Counted from the stretch's first letter, positions 1 through 10,185 are shown. The stretch: 53,656 nucleotides of DNA from Bacteriovoracia bacterium (GCA_046570105.1 JBKHVI010000013.1:1-53656), one strand, 5' to 3'. The notes: generated by a model not told the origin, from the sequence alone. A program made the numbers and translations.

Positions 1-1
1 A

Positions 2-508
2 CAAGAAGAGAAAGATGATAAGTGGCGCTGGTTTGGTTTTGAAACCGAGCCAAAAGTGAATCGTGAAATTGCTTGTAATCTTGCCAAGGCCAATGCCCGT
101 GCCGATGTCGCTGCAGAAATTACCACATTCATTCAGAAGACTCTTGCTGCTAGCACGGAAGGTTCAGCTGCCATTGATCCATCTAACCCACGCACACAAC
201 CGATGCGCGACTTCGTCAGCAATACGCTTGCTGAGCGCGTGCAATCATTGGTTCATGGTGCCGCTGTCACCAAAACTTACTGGGAAAAACGTCAGTTCAT
301 CCAAAAGCTAGGCGCCAAGAAAGATTATTTGGGTTTTACCTGTGCCGTGCTCGTTCGTATGGATAGCAAGATCTTGAAAGCAGCGGTAGCGAAAGCCGCC
401 GAAGAAGTTGTTAAGAAAGCCGATGATCCAGAAGTGAAAGAGAACGTGAAGAAAGCGCTCGAAAAAGTGGACGAAGATTTCTTGAAGGCCCGTCAGGGCG
501 AAGTGTAA
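2..508 (+). CDS. LPP20-like lipoprotein, 5'-truncated by the window edge
   Basis: Frame is open from position 2 (QEEKDDKWRWFGFE...). The A..NARADVA..I motif and the position before lpoB and a TPR lipoprotein gene fit this conserved operon. Confidence 0.55.
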   Translation, partial: QEEKDDKWRWFGFETEPKVNREIACNLAKANARADVAAEITTFIQKTLAASTEGSAAIDPSNPRTQPMRDFVSNTLAERVQSLVHGAAVTKTYWEKRQFIQKLGAKKDYLGFTCAVLVRMDSKILKAAVAKAAEEVVKKADDPEVKENVKKALEKVDEDFLKARQGEV

Positions 509-518
509 GGAGTAACAC

Positions 519-1130
519 ATGAAAACATTATTAATTAGTTCTTTGATGCTCGTAAGTCTTGTTGGTTGCGGAAGTTTTGAAGCAAAGCGTGTGGATGCGC
601 AAACTTCAGACGAGAAAGGTTTGAAGATCACGGATAATTGGATGAGTGCCGATACCTCGCAGGCGATTGCTGATGTATTGAAGCAAATCAAAGCTCACAA
701 AGGTTTCCAGCGCTATCTTGCTCAAAACGGTGGCAATCCTCCCAAGCTCTTTATTGCTGACGTACAAAACCAAACTTCAGAAGCCTATTTTCCAATCGGC
801 GATTTGAACGATGAACTCTTGAATGAGTTGTCAGCTTCAGGTGAATTCGTTTTGGTAGATGCGGCTGCTCGTGAAAAAATCTTGGGCGAAGTAAAATACC
901 AAAATGATGGCATGGTGGATCCTAAGACTGCTAAGCAAGTGGGCCGTCAAACCGGCGCCGACATCATGATTTTCGGTAACGTTTATATGAAGCCAGAGAA
1001 ACGTGATGGTAAAACCATCAAGGAATACTCGGTCAATCTTCGTATGACGGATGTTGAAAAAGCCGTCGAAGTTATGCGTGCTCGCACAAAAGTCTTTAAA
1101 TACTCTGAAAAGAGTACGATGGGACTTTAA
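519..1130 (+). CDS. lpoB: Penicillin-binding protein activator LpoB / CsgG-like lipoprotein
   Basis: Lipobox LVGC; VQNQTSE and AKQVGRQTGAD motifs; RBS aaggag. Confidence 0.75.
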   Translation: MKTLLISSLMLVSLVGCGSFEAKRVDAQTSDEKGLKITDNWMSADTSQAIADVLKQIKAHKGFQRYLAQNGGNPPKLFIADVQNQTSEAYFPIGDLNDELLNELSASGEFVLVDAAAREKILGEVKYQNDGMVDPKTAKQVGRQTGADIMIFGNVYMKPEKRDGKTIKEYSVNLRMTDVEKAVEVMRARTKVFKYSEKSTMGL

Positions 1131-2797
1131 TGCGTTTTTGCCTTCTTATTCTCCTGGTGCTGGGAGGTTGTGGAACCTCTCAGCGCGAGGCCCTTCGCGC
1201 TTATCGTGAAGCTTTTGTAGTAGGCGACTATGCAAAAGCTCAGGAACTTCTCAAAAAAGCAGAACTCGAAAAAGATCCAAAAGTGAAACTTCTTCTCCTG
1301 ATGGAGAAAGGGAAGCTCAATTACGCTCAAGGTAATTTTAAAGAGGCCGCTCAGCATTTCACTGCAGCGATTGAATTATCAGACCAACAGTATACGAAGT
1401 CAGTCACTCGCGAAGGCTCGAAATGGGTTGTTAACGAAGCTTCCGGTGAATTCTTTGGAAGCCCGTATGAGCGCTCTTGGCTGTTTTATTATCAAGCGAT
1501 GGCGAACTGGCGTATCTACCAAGAAGGAAATCTTCCCGAAGAACAAGCACGCATTCATTTATTTGCTGCTCGTGCCGCCCTCTTAGGTTGGGATAGCTTT
1601 TTTCAAGATTGGCAGCGCTCAACCGGCGGTAAAACACTTTATCGCCATGATCTCGTCGCCAAACTGGTTGCCGCTGAAGTTCATGAAGCGACACAAATCA
1701 GAGCTGACAAACAAATTGCTCTCCAGCTCTATAAAGATGGTTGGAAAATTTTCACCACACTGACTCCGGCATACGGAGCGTTTAATAAAGACGCCAATGA
1801 ATATTCAGCACTTTTAGAAAAAAGTTTGCAAGCATCAGGAGATTTCAAAGCTCCTAACAAACATAAAGAATTAAATCCTCTGGCAGGGCCGACTCGCCAG
1901 TATATTTTAGAAAAGATTATTCAACTCACTCAAGACCTGCGTCCTAGTGAATTGTCACAATTACCCATGCAGTTAGGTATCACCACACAAGATATCGCTG
2001 AGGCGAAAAAAGGTGCGCTGGGGAATGTGAGTTTTGTTTTAGAAGAAGGGGTGATGGCGCCTAAATCTAGTGAAGAAATCAATCTGGGTATTCAAGGACT
2101 CGCCAAACTTTCCAAAGACCCCAAGACACAAGCACAGATTGCCCGCGTGGGTAGTGAAGTTATGGCAGCGTTTGCCGTGAATATGCTGGGGATGGTTCCA
2201 AGCCGAACGTCGGCGACAGGAAATTATCATGCCGCTCAAGGACTTATGACTCTAGCGGCCCATGAAGCTGCGATTGCTTTTGAAGTGCCGATGATTCCTA
2301 AGGGTGAGTTGCCGCAAGAGATGTGGCTCATTATTCGCGACAAAAATCAAAAAGAAGTCGCCAAAAAACCTTGGGGAGTAGTCACTCATTTGGAAGATGT
2401 CGCTCGCCAATCACTTGAAGAAGAATCTAGTCAGCGGATTGTTCGCACGGGTGTGCGAGTGGCGATCAAACATATCACTGCGATCATTGCCGCGATGGCG
2501 ATTTATAAAAATCTTTCTAAAGGTGAGAAGGATAATATCCTCGCCAAGTACGCCGCTGTTGGATCTTATCTTGCGGCCACTAAAGGGATTGCTTACAGTG
2601 AGCGCGCTGATACACGTGCTTGGCAAACTCTTCCACGCACACTTCGTATGACGGATTTTAAACTTGCACCAGGTGACTACCTGGTAGAAATCTCAAAAAA
2701 GACCGAGCAAAACACCTGGGAATTAAAAAAATCGCTTGGGCCCATCAAAATTGGGGCAAAAAGGGCGATTTTTACCTATCTCCTGCCACAACTCTAA
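1130..2797 (+). CDS. COG3014-like TPR lipoprotein
   Basis: Lipobox LGGC, TPR-like N-terminus, C-terminal ERADTRAWQTLP signature; TAATG coupling to lpoB. Confidence 0.7.
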   Translation: MRFCLLILLVLGGCGTSQREALRAYREAFVVGDYAKAQELLKKAELEKDPKVKLLLLMEKGKLNYAQGNFKEAAQHFTAAIELSDQQYTKSVTREGSKWVVNEASGEFFGSPYERSWLFYYQAMANWRIYQEGNLPEEQARIHLFAARAALLGWDSFFQDWQRSTGGKTLYRHDLVAKLVAAEVHEATQIRADKQIALQLYKDGWKIFTTLTPAYGAFNKDANEYSALLEKSLQASGDFKAPNKHKELNPLAGPTRQYILEKIIQLTQDLRPSELSQLPMQLGITTQDIAEAKKGALGNVSFVLEEGVMAPKSSEEINLGIQGLAKLSKDPKTQAQIARVGSEVMAAFAVNMLGMVPSRTSATGNYHAAQGLMTLAAHEAAIAFEVPMIPKGELPQEMWLIIRDKNQKEVAKKPWGVVTHLEDVARQSLEEESSQRIVRTGVRVAIKHITAIIAAMAIYKNLSKGEKDNILAKYAAVGSYLAATKGIAYSERADTRAWQTLPRTLRMTDFKLAPGDYLVEISKKTEQNTWELKKSLGPIKIGAKRAIFTYLLPQL

Positions 2798-2803
2798 GAC
2801 CTC

Positions 2804-2831
2804 TCAATTCACTCTCATAAAACGTCGAAAC
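2804..2831 (+). promoter_or_regulatory. Putative sigma28/FliA-type promoter
   Basis: TCAA-N16-GTCGAAAC upstream of the 2839 ATG. Confidence 0.4.
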
Positions 2832-2838
2832 GGAGGTC

Positions 2839-3750
2839 ATGAAGTGGCTTTTTACTCTTATCTTCGTTTCAACAACTACTCTGGCCCACCAGCCGATCAT
2901 TCGTGAACACGATGTGATTGTCTCCGGTGCTTCAGGTAATTATTGGGGCAAGTGGAGTGAGTCAGAAGAATTGAACGTGAAGCGACTTTTAGAACTTTTG
3001 ATTCAATCACCCACGGGTAAATCTTTGGTCGAAGCAGCCGCCAAAAAAGCCAGCCAGCAAGGCCTGACACTTTCGGATGTTATCAAAGCAGGTGAGGGCT
3101 CACTGACTGATACAACCCTCATTCGTAAGTTTCACCCCGAGTCTCCGGAAAATGTTCACTTTGAATCGCGCTCACAGGTGTATGTGAATCGCCACCTGGC
3201 CTGGCGCGAAGGGCTCTTAGACCTGGCCCATGAACTGACTCATTTTGTTCATCGCCAAACTTTTAACCCGTACACTTTGAATTTTTCTTTGAGTGATTTT
3301 GTACTTTCCACCATCGAAGGCCAGGGTGGCGAGGTGCATGCTTTTGTGACCGAGTGTCGCGTCATGAAGGAGCTTTTTACTCGTGATGCTAACCGCGATT
3401 CAAATTGTTTAGAGATTCAGCGTCCCGACGGAAGCTTTGATGAGAAGCAAGCGCGCGAGCTTTTTTACCACGTCGGTGGCTTCTATCCCCAGTTGCAAAA
3501 GCTTATGACGGATCGCGGAATTGTGAGTCATTTCCCGTATCTAAAAGAAACTAAAATAAAGTTTGTTTCCTCGGCTTATGGCCTTCCTTATCCCTTGGCA
3601 GCGATCCAAGAGTATCAATCGGTGCTTGCAAAAGTCTGTGAGAACGACCGTCGTCGTCTTGGATTTATGCAATCAGGACGTGCTCCAGCTTCTGTGGAAA
3701 AGTTCCGCCAGGACGTCGAAATGCGCTGTCCGCGTCTATCACAAAACTAA
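2839..3750 (+). CDS. Secreted putative zinc metallopeptidase (HEXXH)
   Basis: Signal peptide, LAHELTH motif with downstream E (GEVHAF), RAPAS motif. Confidence 0.55.
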   Translation: MKWLFTLIFVSTTTLAHQPIIREHDVIVSGASGNYWGKWSESEELNVKRLLELLIQSPTGKSLVEAAAKKASQQGLTLSDVIKAGEGSLTDTTLIRKFHPESPENVHFESRSQVYVNRHLAWREGLLDLAHELTHFVHRQTFNPYTLNFSLSDFVLSTIEGQGGEVHAFVTECRVMKELFTRDANRDSNCLEIQRPDGSFDEKQARELFYHVGGFYPQLQKLMTDRGIVSHFPYLKETKIKFVSSAYGLPYPLAAIQEYQSVLAKVCENDRRRLGFMQSGRAPASVEKFRQDVEMRCPRLSQN

Positions 3751-3771
3751 CTCAGAAAACCTTAAGGTTCA

Positions 3772-3800
3772 TTGACGAAAGAAAGGGTCAGGCTTACTCT
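3772..3800 (+). promoter_or_regulatory. sigma70 promoter of nuoBCDI
   Basis: TTGACG-17-TACTCT. Confidence 0.55.
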
Positions 3801-3838
3801 TAAGCTATCCTTTTCATTGAACTTTGGGAGTCTCTGCC

Positions 3839-4321
3839 ATGCAAGACGGCATCGTCCTAACCACCTTAGACGACTTTTTTAATTGGGGTCGTAAAAACTC
3901 ACTTTGGCCTATGACTTTCGGTCTCGCTTGTTGCGCGATTGAAATGATGGCGACAGGTGCAGCCAAGTACGATCTCGAACGCTTCGGCTGTGGTGCCTTC
4001 ATGGCCACTCCACGTCGCGCAGATCTTATGATTGTTGCCGGCACAGTGACGCTGAAAATGGCGACACGAGTGAAAGTTCTTTATGAACAAATGGCTGAAC
4101 CAAAATATGTTATTTCGATGGGCTCATGTGCCAATAAAGGCGGCCCTTACTGGCAGCACGGCTATCACGTTTTGAAAGGCGTTGATGAAGTGGTTCCTGT
4201 TGATGTCTATGTTCCAGGTTGTCCTCCACGCCCAGAAGCTTTGATTGAAGGCGTGATGACTCTTCAGAAGAAGATCGCTAACGAGCGTCTGCTTCGCGAC
4301 AAGTGGGTGAAACATGCTTAA
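3839..4321 (+). CDS. nuoB: NADH-quinone oxidoreductase subunit B
   Basis: [16 protein letters not shown] and [11 protein letters not shown] motifs; ATG 3839 after RBS gggag. Confidence 0.95.
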   Translation: MQDGIVLTTLDDFFNWGRKNSLWPMTFGLACCAIEMMATGAAKYDLERFGCGAFMATPRRADLMIVAGTVTLKMATRVKVLYEQMAEPKYVISMGSCANKGGPYWQHGYHVLKGVDEVVPVDVYVPGCPPRPEALIEGVMTLQKKIANERLLRDKWVKHA

Positions 4322-4886
4322 TGATATTGCACAAAAATTAAATAGCGCAGTCTCGGGTGCCAACGCTCAAGTGTTGAATGCTGAAGACGCGAAATGTGAT
4401 AGCGCCATCTTGGTTGATGCTTCAAAGATTCATGCTGTTGCAGCATGGCTCAAGTCATCGGGCACCATGAATGCTTTGCAAGTTATCAGCGGCGTGGATT
4501 ACGTTGAATACTTGGAAGTGGTTTATGTTTTTGCCAAGTACGACCAAGGTGCGGGCGCGCAGTTGCTTTTAAAAGCACGCCTCACTGATCGTGTGAATCC
4601 AAACCTCGATTCAATTACAGATTTATTTCCAGCGGCTAATTTCCAAGAGCGCGAGTGCTACGACATGTTGGGTGTGACATTCAATAATCACCCCGATCAT
4701 CGCCGCATTTTATGCCCGGATGACTGGCAAGGTTTCCCACTTCGCAGAGACTACGTCGCTCAGAAGACTTACAACGGCATGGAAGTGTTCCCTGAAAGTA
4801 AAATGAATATGGCCGACCGTGAATTCATTGTGCGCCAAGAGATGATCAAAAAGGCACAAGAGTCAGCTGCGGGAAAGGTGCACTAA
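4314..4886 (+). CDS. nuoC: NADH-quinone oxidoreductase subunit C
   Basis: [13 protein letters not shown]...HPDHRRIL...GFPLRRDY. Confidence 0.93.
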   Translation: MLNDIAQKLNSAVSGANAQVLNAEDAKCDSAILVDASKIHAVAAWLKSSGTMNALQVISGVDYVEYLEVVYVFAKYDQGAGAQLLLKARLTDRVNPNLDSITDLFPAANFQERECYDMLGVTFNNHPDHRRILCPDDWQGFPLRRDYVAQKTYNGMEVFPESKMNMADREFIVRQEMIKKAQESAAGKVH

Positions 4887-4887
4887 T

Positions 4888-6069
4888 ATGATGAATAAAT
4901 GGGATATCCCTGGTGTTGAAGAAAAAGTAACTCGCACACCAGAAACAGAAAGACTTAAAACTGATCTCTTAACCTTGAACATGGGACCGCAGCACCCTGC
5001 GACTCACGGAGTTCTTCGTATCGAGATCAAAACCGATTCTGAAATCGTCGCTCACGCCATTCCACACTTGGGCTACTTGCACCGTTGTATGGAAAAGCAT
5101 GCGGAAGCCATTGATTACCGCGGTGTGATTCCTTTCGTTGATCGTTTGGATTACCTCGCTTCTATGAGCATGGAATGGACATACGTAGCTGCAGTTGAAA
5201 AAATGCTCGGCACTGAAGTTCCTCGCCGTGCTGAGCTTCTACGAATTCTTACTTGTGAACTTCAGCGTATTGCTAGCCACTTGATGGCCTTTGGTACCTA
5301 CGCTTTGGATCTTGGTGCTTTCTCTCCATTTCTTTACGCTTTCGATGAGCGCGAAAAGATTCTTCGTTTGTTCGAAGAAGTTTCTGGCGCACGTCTGTTG
5401 TATAACTACATCTGGATTGGTGGCGTTTGGAATGACTGGACTGATGAGCAACTCACTCGAGTATCTGAATTCCTTGATAACTTTGAGCCAGAGACTGATA
5501 AGTATCATGACCTTGTTTCGATGAATAAAATCTTTGTTCAGCGTACCGCTAACGTTGGAGTACTTTCGGTTCAAGATTGTTTCGACTACGGAGCAACTGG
5601 CCCAGTTCTTCGTGGCTCAGGCTACAAGTGGGATCTGCGCAAAAACCAACCTTACAGCTTGTACTCGGAATTTGATTTCGATGTTCCAGTCGGTATCGGC
5701 GAAGTCGGTGTGGTGGGTGACTGTTGGAACCGCTACATCGTGCGTATGAAAGAAGTGAAGGAATCGATCAAGATCATTCGTCAGGTGCTCGAGAAGCTAG
5801 AGCCAGGCAGTGTGATGGGTAAAGTTCCTAAAGTCTTAAAGCTTCCTAAAGGTGAAGTGTACATGCGCCACGAGTGTCCTCGTGGAGAGTTGGGCGTGCA
5901 CCTTGTTTCTGAAGGCAATGATTCTAAGACTCCTTATCGTTTGAAAATTAAATCTCCGTGCTTTACGCACGTATCAATGTTGCCACTCATGGCGCCAGGT
6001 CAGATGATTGCTGACTTTGTTGCGACGGTTGGTTCTATTGATATTGTTCTAGGTGAGGTTGACCGATGA
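4888..6069 (+). CDS. nuoD: NADH-quinone oxidoreductase subunit D
   Basis: NMGPQHPATHGVLR and C-terminal IDIVLGEVDR. Confidence 0.95.
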   Translation: MMNKWDIPGVEEKVTRTPETERLKTDLLTLNMGPQHPATHGVLRIEIKTDSEIVAHAIPHLGYLHRCMEKHAEAIDYRGVIPFVDRLDYLASMSMEWTYVAAVEKMLGTEVPRRAELLRILTCELQRIASHLMAFGTYALDLGAFSPFLYAFDEREKILRLFEEVSGARLLYNYIWIGGVWNDWTDEQLTRVSEFLDNFEPETDKYHDLVSMNKIFVQRTANVGVLSVQDCFDYGATGPVLRGSGYKWDLRKNQPYSLYSEFDFDVPVGIGEVGVVGDCWNRYIVRMKEVKESIKIIRQVLEKLEPGSVMGKVPKVLKLPKGEVYMRHECPRGELGVHLVSEGNDSKTPYRLKIKSPCFTHVSMLPLMAPGQMIADFVATVGSIDIVLGEVDR

Positions 6070-6569
6070 GCACTCAACAAAGTTCAGTCAAAGAATACTT
6101 TGGCGCCCTTTTTAACGGCATCTCTACCACCATCACGGGTATGTGGATTACCTTCCGTTATGTATGGGGAGTTAAACCTGTTTCGATCGAATATCCAGAA
6201 GTTCGTGAAGTTCTTCCTGAGCGCGCGCGTATGCGTTTGTTCAACGATTCACAGAACTGTATCTCATGCACTCAATGTGCCATGGCCTGTCCGGTTGATT
6301 GTATCTACATTTCTTCAGAGAAACTTCCTGAAGGCTCTGAGATCAAGAAAACCTCAAACGGCCAGTCGATTCGCTTGCACCTTACGCAGTTCACGATTGA
6401 TACGGCCCTTTGTTGCTACTGCGGTCTTTGTACGACTGTATGTCCAACAGAGTGTTTGACTCACTCCCATGACTACGAGTTTGCACAGTACACCGTCGAT
6501 GCCATGAAGTACGACTACCTTGCACCTGATGTTAGGGCCTGGCGTGATCGCATCGTTAAAAATCCATAA
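6066..6569 (+). CDS. nuoI: NADH-quinone oxidoreductase subunit I
   Basis: Two CxxCxxCxxxCP 4Fe-4S motifs; IEYPE. Confidence 0.92.
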   Translation: MSTQQSSVKEYFGALFNGISTTITGMWITFRYVWGVKPVSIEYPEVREVLPERARMRLFNDSQNCISCTQCAMACPVDCIYISSEKLPEGSEIKKTSNGQSIRLHLTQFTIDTALCCYCGLCTTVCPTECLTHSHDYEFAQYTVDAMKYDYLAPDVRAWRDRIVKNP

Positions 6570-6572
6570 AAG

Positions 6573-6602
6573 AAGAGGCCTCCATTGCGGGGCCTTTTTT
6601 TT
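6573..6602 (+). terminator. Intrinsic terminator after nuoI
   Basis: aggcctcc...ggggcct hairpin followed by T8. Confidence 0.7.
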
Positions 6603-6633
6603 CTCACTTCTTTTTTCTCTCCCTATTAAAGCG

Positions 6634-7332
6634 ATGACCTGGCGTGAGCGCTACCGCGAATTCTCGGCCGAGTTTGCGCTGTTAAAACCACTGGAAGGCT
6701 GTATGGCAAAAAGTGGGGAAGGTCTTTTGCAGTTTGATAAACCGGGTAAGCCCGATGGAAAGCGCATCTTAGTGCTCTCCCTTATTCATGGAAATGAAAT
6801 TCCTGCCGGTGAGGTGGGCTTTCGTTGGATCCGTCGCTTGAATCGTTTGAGTCCTCATAACTCATGGCTGGTTGTTCCTGTACTTAATCCTGACGGTGTG
6901 AAGAGTGTGACACGCACGAGTAGCGCCAAGATTGATCTTAATCGCCATTTTCCCACCAAAGACTGGAATGAAGGCGCTCATACTTATTGGAAAAAACTCG
7001 GCTCAGCTCCTCAGAAATTTCCTGGAGACACCGCCGGAACAGAGCCTGAAGTAAAATGTGTCATGCGCTTAATTGATAACTATCAACCCGATCTGATTGT
7101 CTCTCTGCATACACCCTTCGCTGTGCTTGATTATGATGGACCGGCCAAGCGTCCTAAGTATCTGCCGCTTAAATGGAAGAGTCTTGGCCACTATCCAGGA
7201 AGCCTTGGTCGTTACGCTTGGGCTGAACGTGGCATTCCGGTTTTGACTGTTGAGATGCCTGAGCGCATGCCGGCGGGATTAGCGGTGAAGATGGATCGCT
7301 TTCAAGATGAATTAAGTTATTTGGCGAAGTGA
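6634..7332 (+). CDS. M14 zinc carboxypeptidase, MpaA-like murein peptide amidase (start uncertain)
   Basis: IHGNE, PVLNPDG, DLNRHFP, EPE, SLH and GSLG..A motifs. Confidence 0.8.
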   Translation: MTWRERYREFSAEFALLKPLEGCMAKSGEGLLQFDKPGKPDGKRILVLSLIHGNEIPAGEVGFRWIRRLNRLSPHNSWLVVPVLNPDGVKSVTRTSSAKIDLNRHFPTKDWNEGAHTYWKKLGSAPQKFPGDTAGTEPEVKCVMRLIDNYQPDLIVSLHTPFAVLDYDGPAKRPKYLPLKWKSLGHYPGSLGRYAWAERGIPVLTVEMPERMPAGLAVKMDRFQDELSYLAK

Positions 7333-7335
7333 AAA

Positions 7336-7746
7336 TCACCGCGATGTTTTTACTTTATCGTTTAGAACTTTAAAGAGTAATCCCGTATCGATATCTCCCT
7401 CTTTCAGTCGACATCGATCTAAGCTTACCCAACGTTTTTGATGCTCAAACTCAATAATTTGCGGCACTCCTTTTAATGAGCGACAGATCGCAAATCCAGG
7501 TGAGCCTATTTCTTGATCAATCGCTTTATCTAGAGCGAGCTGAGTGATGTTGAACTTTTTCCAGCATTGCGTGAGATAGCAGTCTTTTGAAACAAAGACT
7601 GTTCCGTCATCATTCGTGCAGTAATTAATTATTTCCTGAGATTGTTTTTTCTCGTGATACCAACGAATCTGCCCAGTGGTGCACTTTAGCTCCATTGCAA
7701 AGACTGAAGTGCTAAAAAAAAATAGTAATGCAAGACTACTTGGCAT
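7336..7746 (-). CDS. Secreted Cys-rich hypothetical protein
   Basis: Signal peptide (VFA), 6 Cys, overlaps the end of the upstream peptidase. Confidence 0.7.
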   Translation of the reverse strand: MPSSLALLFFFSTSVFAMELKCTTGQIRWYHEKKQSQEIINYCTNDDGTVFVSKDCYLTQCWKKFNITQLALDKAIDQEIGSPGFAICRSLKGVPQIIEFEHQKRWVSLDRCRLKEGDIDTGLLFKVLNDKVKTSR

Positions 7747-8680
7747 AAACCACCTCGTTCAACTTTTTGCCAAGAATATTTTCAGGGAGCCAAATATGGC
7801 CCTCTTCGCACTTGAGCCTACTATCATAATAAGAACAACTGCGGCCCCATGAGTTACGGACGAGGTATTCGCATGTCTGAGATGCAGGGTTAAATTTTCT
7901 GCCTACTATAAGGCTGCTATGTGAGATATTGGTTTTTGTTGTTTCAATATCAACCAAAACTTTTCCAACATATCCGATAATAGGAGGATTTTTTCGCGAG
8001 AGTTCTCGATTGATTGTTGAAAAAAGATCCGTAGGAAATAATTTATCGAGTAGGAATATTTTCTTTTCGCTAACAATTTTCAAGGAAGGAGCTTTAATCT
8101 TCCAGTAGCAAGATTTTTCTGCCAAACGATCAAAAAGAGAATTCAAGTCCGAATTGATAAGGATAGCAATGGCATCATTTGGTTCAATCGCTGGGAATAG
8201 AGTGAGAAGTTGAATGCATGCATCGTAATGGGTGACTTCTTTCTTTTCAACAGATGATTTGAGCTTGTAAAGCGCTTCAATTCGATCACGATATTCCACA
8301 TTCAAATTATCTTCTGAGGGGAGATCTTTTTCTAGGCATAGGCCAGCCTTGAGAGCTTGATCGAGTAGAGGTTTCTCGTTGCCACCACTCATAAGTTGTC
8401 CATGACGAGACTGAAGCGAGAGTTTATCAAGGATAGAGAGATACCAAGTTTTTGCCTTCGAGCGCATGAGGCTCATCGCTGAAATTTTATGGCCCATTTT
8501 GTATGATAATAGATCAGCTGAAGAAAATGCATAGCAAGCTCCCATCGAGTCTTGATTTCGAACGGGTCCTAGCTTTTCGCCTCGTAGATCAACAGGTGAG
8601 CAGGTCTTTGCATCAGTGGCCGCATAGGAGCTGCTGGAGATGAAGGCCACCAATATAACAAGTAGTCTTGATTTAAGCAT
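7736..8680 (-). CDS. Secreted papain-like C1 cysteine peptidase
   Basis: NQDSMGACYAFS (Q, C), SHSSLIVG (H), VRNSWG (N); signal peptide. Confidence 0.85.
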   Translation of the reverse strand: MLKSRLLVILVAFISSSSYAATDAKTCSPVDLRGEKLGPVRNQDSMGACYAFSSADLLSYKMGHKISAMSLMRSKAKTWYLSILDKLSLQSRHGQLMSGGNEKPLLDQALKAGLCLEKDLPSEDNLNVEYRDRIEALYKLKSSVEKKEVTHYDACIQLLTLFPAIEPNDAIAILINSDLNSLFDRLAEKSCYWKIKAPSLKIVSEKKIFLLDKLFPTDLFSTINRELSRKNPPIIGYVGKVLVDIETTKTNISHSSLIVGRKFNPASQTCEYLVRNSWGRSCSYYDSRLKCEEGHIWLPENILGKKLNEVVYAK

Positions 8681-8692
8681 AATTGAAGAGAT

Positions 8693-9064
8693 TTACTTCT
8701 TCGCAATCCCTTCCAGGTCAATCACATCAAAGTCGACGCTCGGATTTGAAGTAGAAACTCCAGCACGTTTGGCGAATTTACCTTTGAAATAAACTTCCAA
8801 CTGCGTTCCGCGTGGAAGCGCATTATAAGTCTGTCGTACTTCATCGGTCATATTGCCGATACGATACTGAGTATTCCCGAAATTGATATAATCATAGCCA
8901 TTGGGGTTTTGCGTGGGGTCGTTGCGATACAGGGCCCCGAGCTTCACATCCACCATAGTGAGACTGTTATTGGTCGTGAGACCGATAAAGCTCTCTTGTA
9001 CTTGCTCTATCTTTCCACAAGCTGAAATGATTAAGAGTAAAAAGAATAAATTAATCTTCGTCAT
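8693..9064 (-). CDS. Hypothetical lipoprotein
   Basis: Lipobox ISAC; overlaps the upstream gene. Confidence 0.7.
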   Translation of the reverse strand: MTKINLFFLLLIISACGKIEQVQESFIGLTTNNSLTMVDVKLGALYRNDPTQNPNGYDYINFGNTQYRIGNMTDEVRQTYNALPRGTQLEVYFKGKFAKRAGVSTSNPSVDFDVIDLEGIAKK

Positions 9065-9428
9065 TGATAGTCCCTTGGATCTGCCATTGGCCTTTAATCT
9101 TTTTAATTACAAACTCAGAATCAACTTGCTCTCCGTCTTCAATTCGTCTGACAAACGCGAGATCCTTGTTTCTTTTGCTCATTCTGATTTTGTGTTCAAT
9201 TTTAAGTTTCTCTTTCTTCTTTTTAAATTCTTCGTCGGGCTCAATTATTCTCGGCGCTGCTACGTCAGGGCTCTCTTTGGCGAAATCAGCAGTAAAAATA
9301 TCGTAGCCTTTAGTCTTTACTCCACTCATATGAGTTTCATAGCGCTCCATGAGATCTCGTATTTCATCCTCAGATGAAAATGCACTCAAACTAAAAATTA
9401 AAAGGAGAAGCACTACTGAAATTTGCAT
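9051..9428 (-). CDS. Small secreted hypothetical protein, possibly NTF2-like
   Basis: Start moved to MQISVVLLLL after RBS ggag; signal peptide; KKIKGQWQI C-terminus. Confidence 0.6.
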   Translation of the reverse strand: MQISVVLLLLIFSLSAFSSEDEIRDLMERYETHMSGVKTKGYDIFTADFAKESPDVAAPRIIEPDEEFKKKKEKLKIEHKIRMSKRNKDLAFVRRIEDGEQVDSEFVIKKIKGQWQIQGTINDED

Positions 9429-10177
9429 CCGTATTTCTCCGTTTGAGTGATGATGGCCTTGATTCGTTCGCGAACTTTTGCTGGGCATGATGTCGCTCGG
9501 TAAAAGCTGTGCCATTTGATGTATTGAATTCGAGGATTATCTCGCTGCAGTTGGCAGGCGAGTCGAGCCGCTGCATCGATAGCACGGCCCGTTGGGAAGC
9601 GCTCATTACCTAGCGGGTAGCCGCCAGGATTAGATTGGTTACGAACAAAATAATTACCAATGAATACAATCGCAACCGTGGTGTAATTCGCCTTGGCATC
9701 ACCATCAGGATTAAACTTATCATCGGCTTCACTCACAACACCCGTCTCAGTGCCACAACGTACTGAATCTTTGGCCTTCAATAATTCTTTGGTTTCAGGA
9801 GTGACTTTCGCATATGCATCCGAGCCAGCATGTGAACCTGCGATATGAAAGGGACGGCCACGTGAGACATAGGTCTTGTAGTGAGGCGAATCAACATAAG
9901 GTGAATTAATGGTGAAATGGTAGCCAATCATCAACCAAGGATCACTAGCATCACCGCGCTCCAAATGCATTTCATTAATTTCTTCCGGAGACGTCGTGCT
10001 GGTGGTTTGCGAATGATGAAAAACAATTGTATCGACGATGTCCGTCTTGCGACGACAGTAGCTCGCGTCCGCATTGCGTGGATAATAAGGCCCAAGCACC
10101 TCAATCAGAGGTTCCTTGGGCGAAGCTTCAATGGTGGTAAGGAGAAGTCCTAAGACCCCCCAAAGCGCATATTTCAT
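9413..10177 (-). CDS. Secreted N-acetylmuramoyl-L-alanine amidase (Amidase_2 / PGRP / T7-lysozyme fold)
   Basis: IVFHHS, IGYHF, GSHAG and WH...TSCP Zn-ligand motifs; signal peptide from MKYALWG. Confidence 0.85.
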   Translation of the reverse strand: MKYALWGVLGLLLTTIEASPKEPLIEVLGPYYPRNADASYCRRKTDIVDTIVFHHSQTTSTTSPEEINEMHLERGDASDPWLMIGYHFTINSPYVDSPHYKTYVSRGRPFHIAGSHAGSDAYAKVTPETKELLKAKDSVRCGTETGVVSEADDKFNPDGDAKANYTTVAIVFIGNYFVRNQSNPGGYPLGNERFPTGRAIDAAARLACQLQRDNPRIQYIKWHSFYRATSCPAKVRERIKAIITQTEKYGCKFQ

Positions 10178-10185
10178 CCTTAGGC

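Noticed and set aside
3839..6569. Group 4 [NiFe]-hydrogenase interpretation of the B-C-D-I cluster
   Set aside because: The large subunit lacks the two CxxC Ni-binding motifs and ends in the NuoD signature GEVDR.
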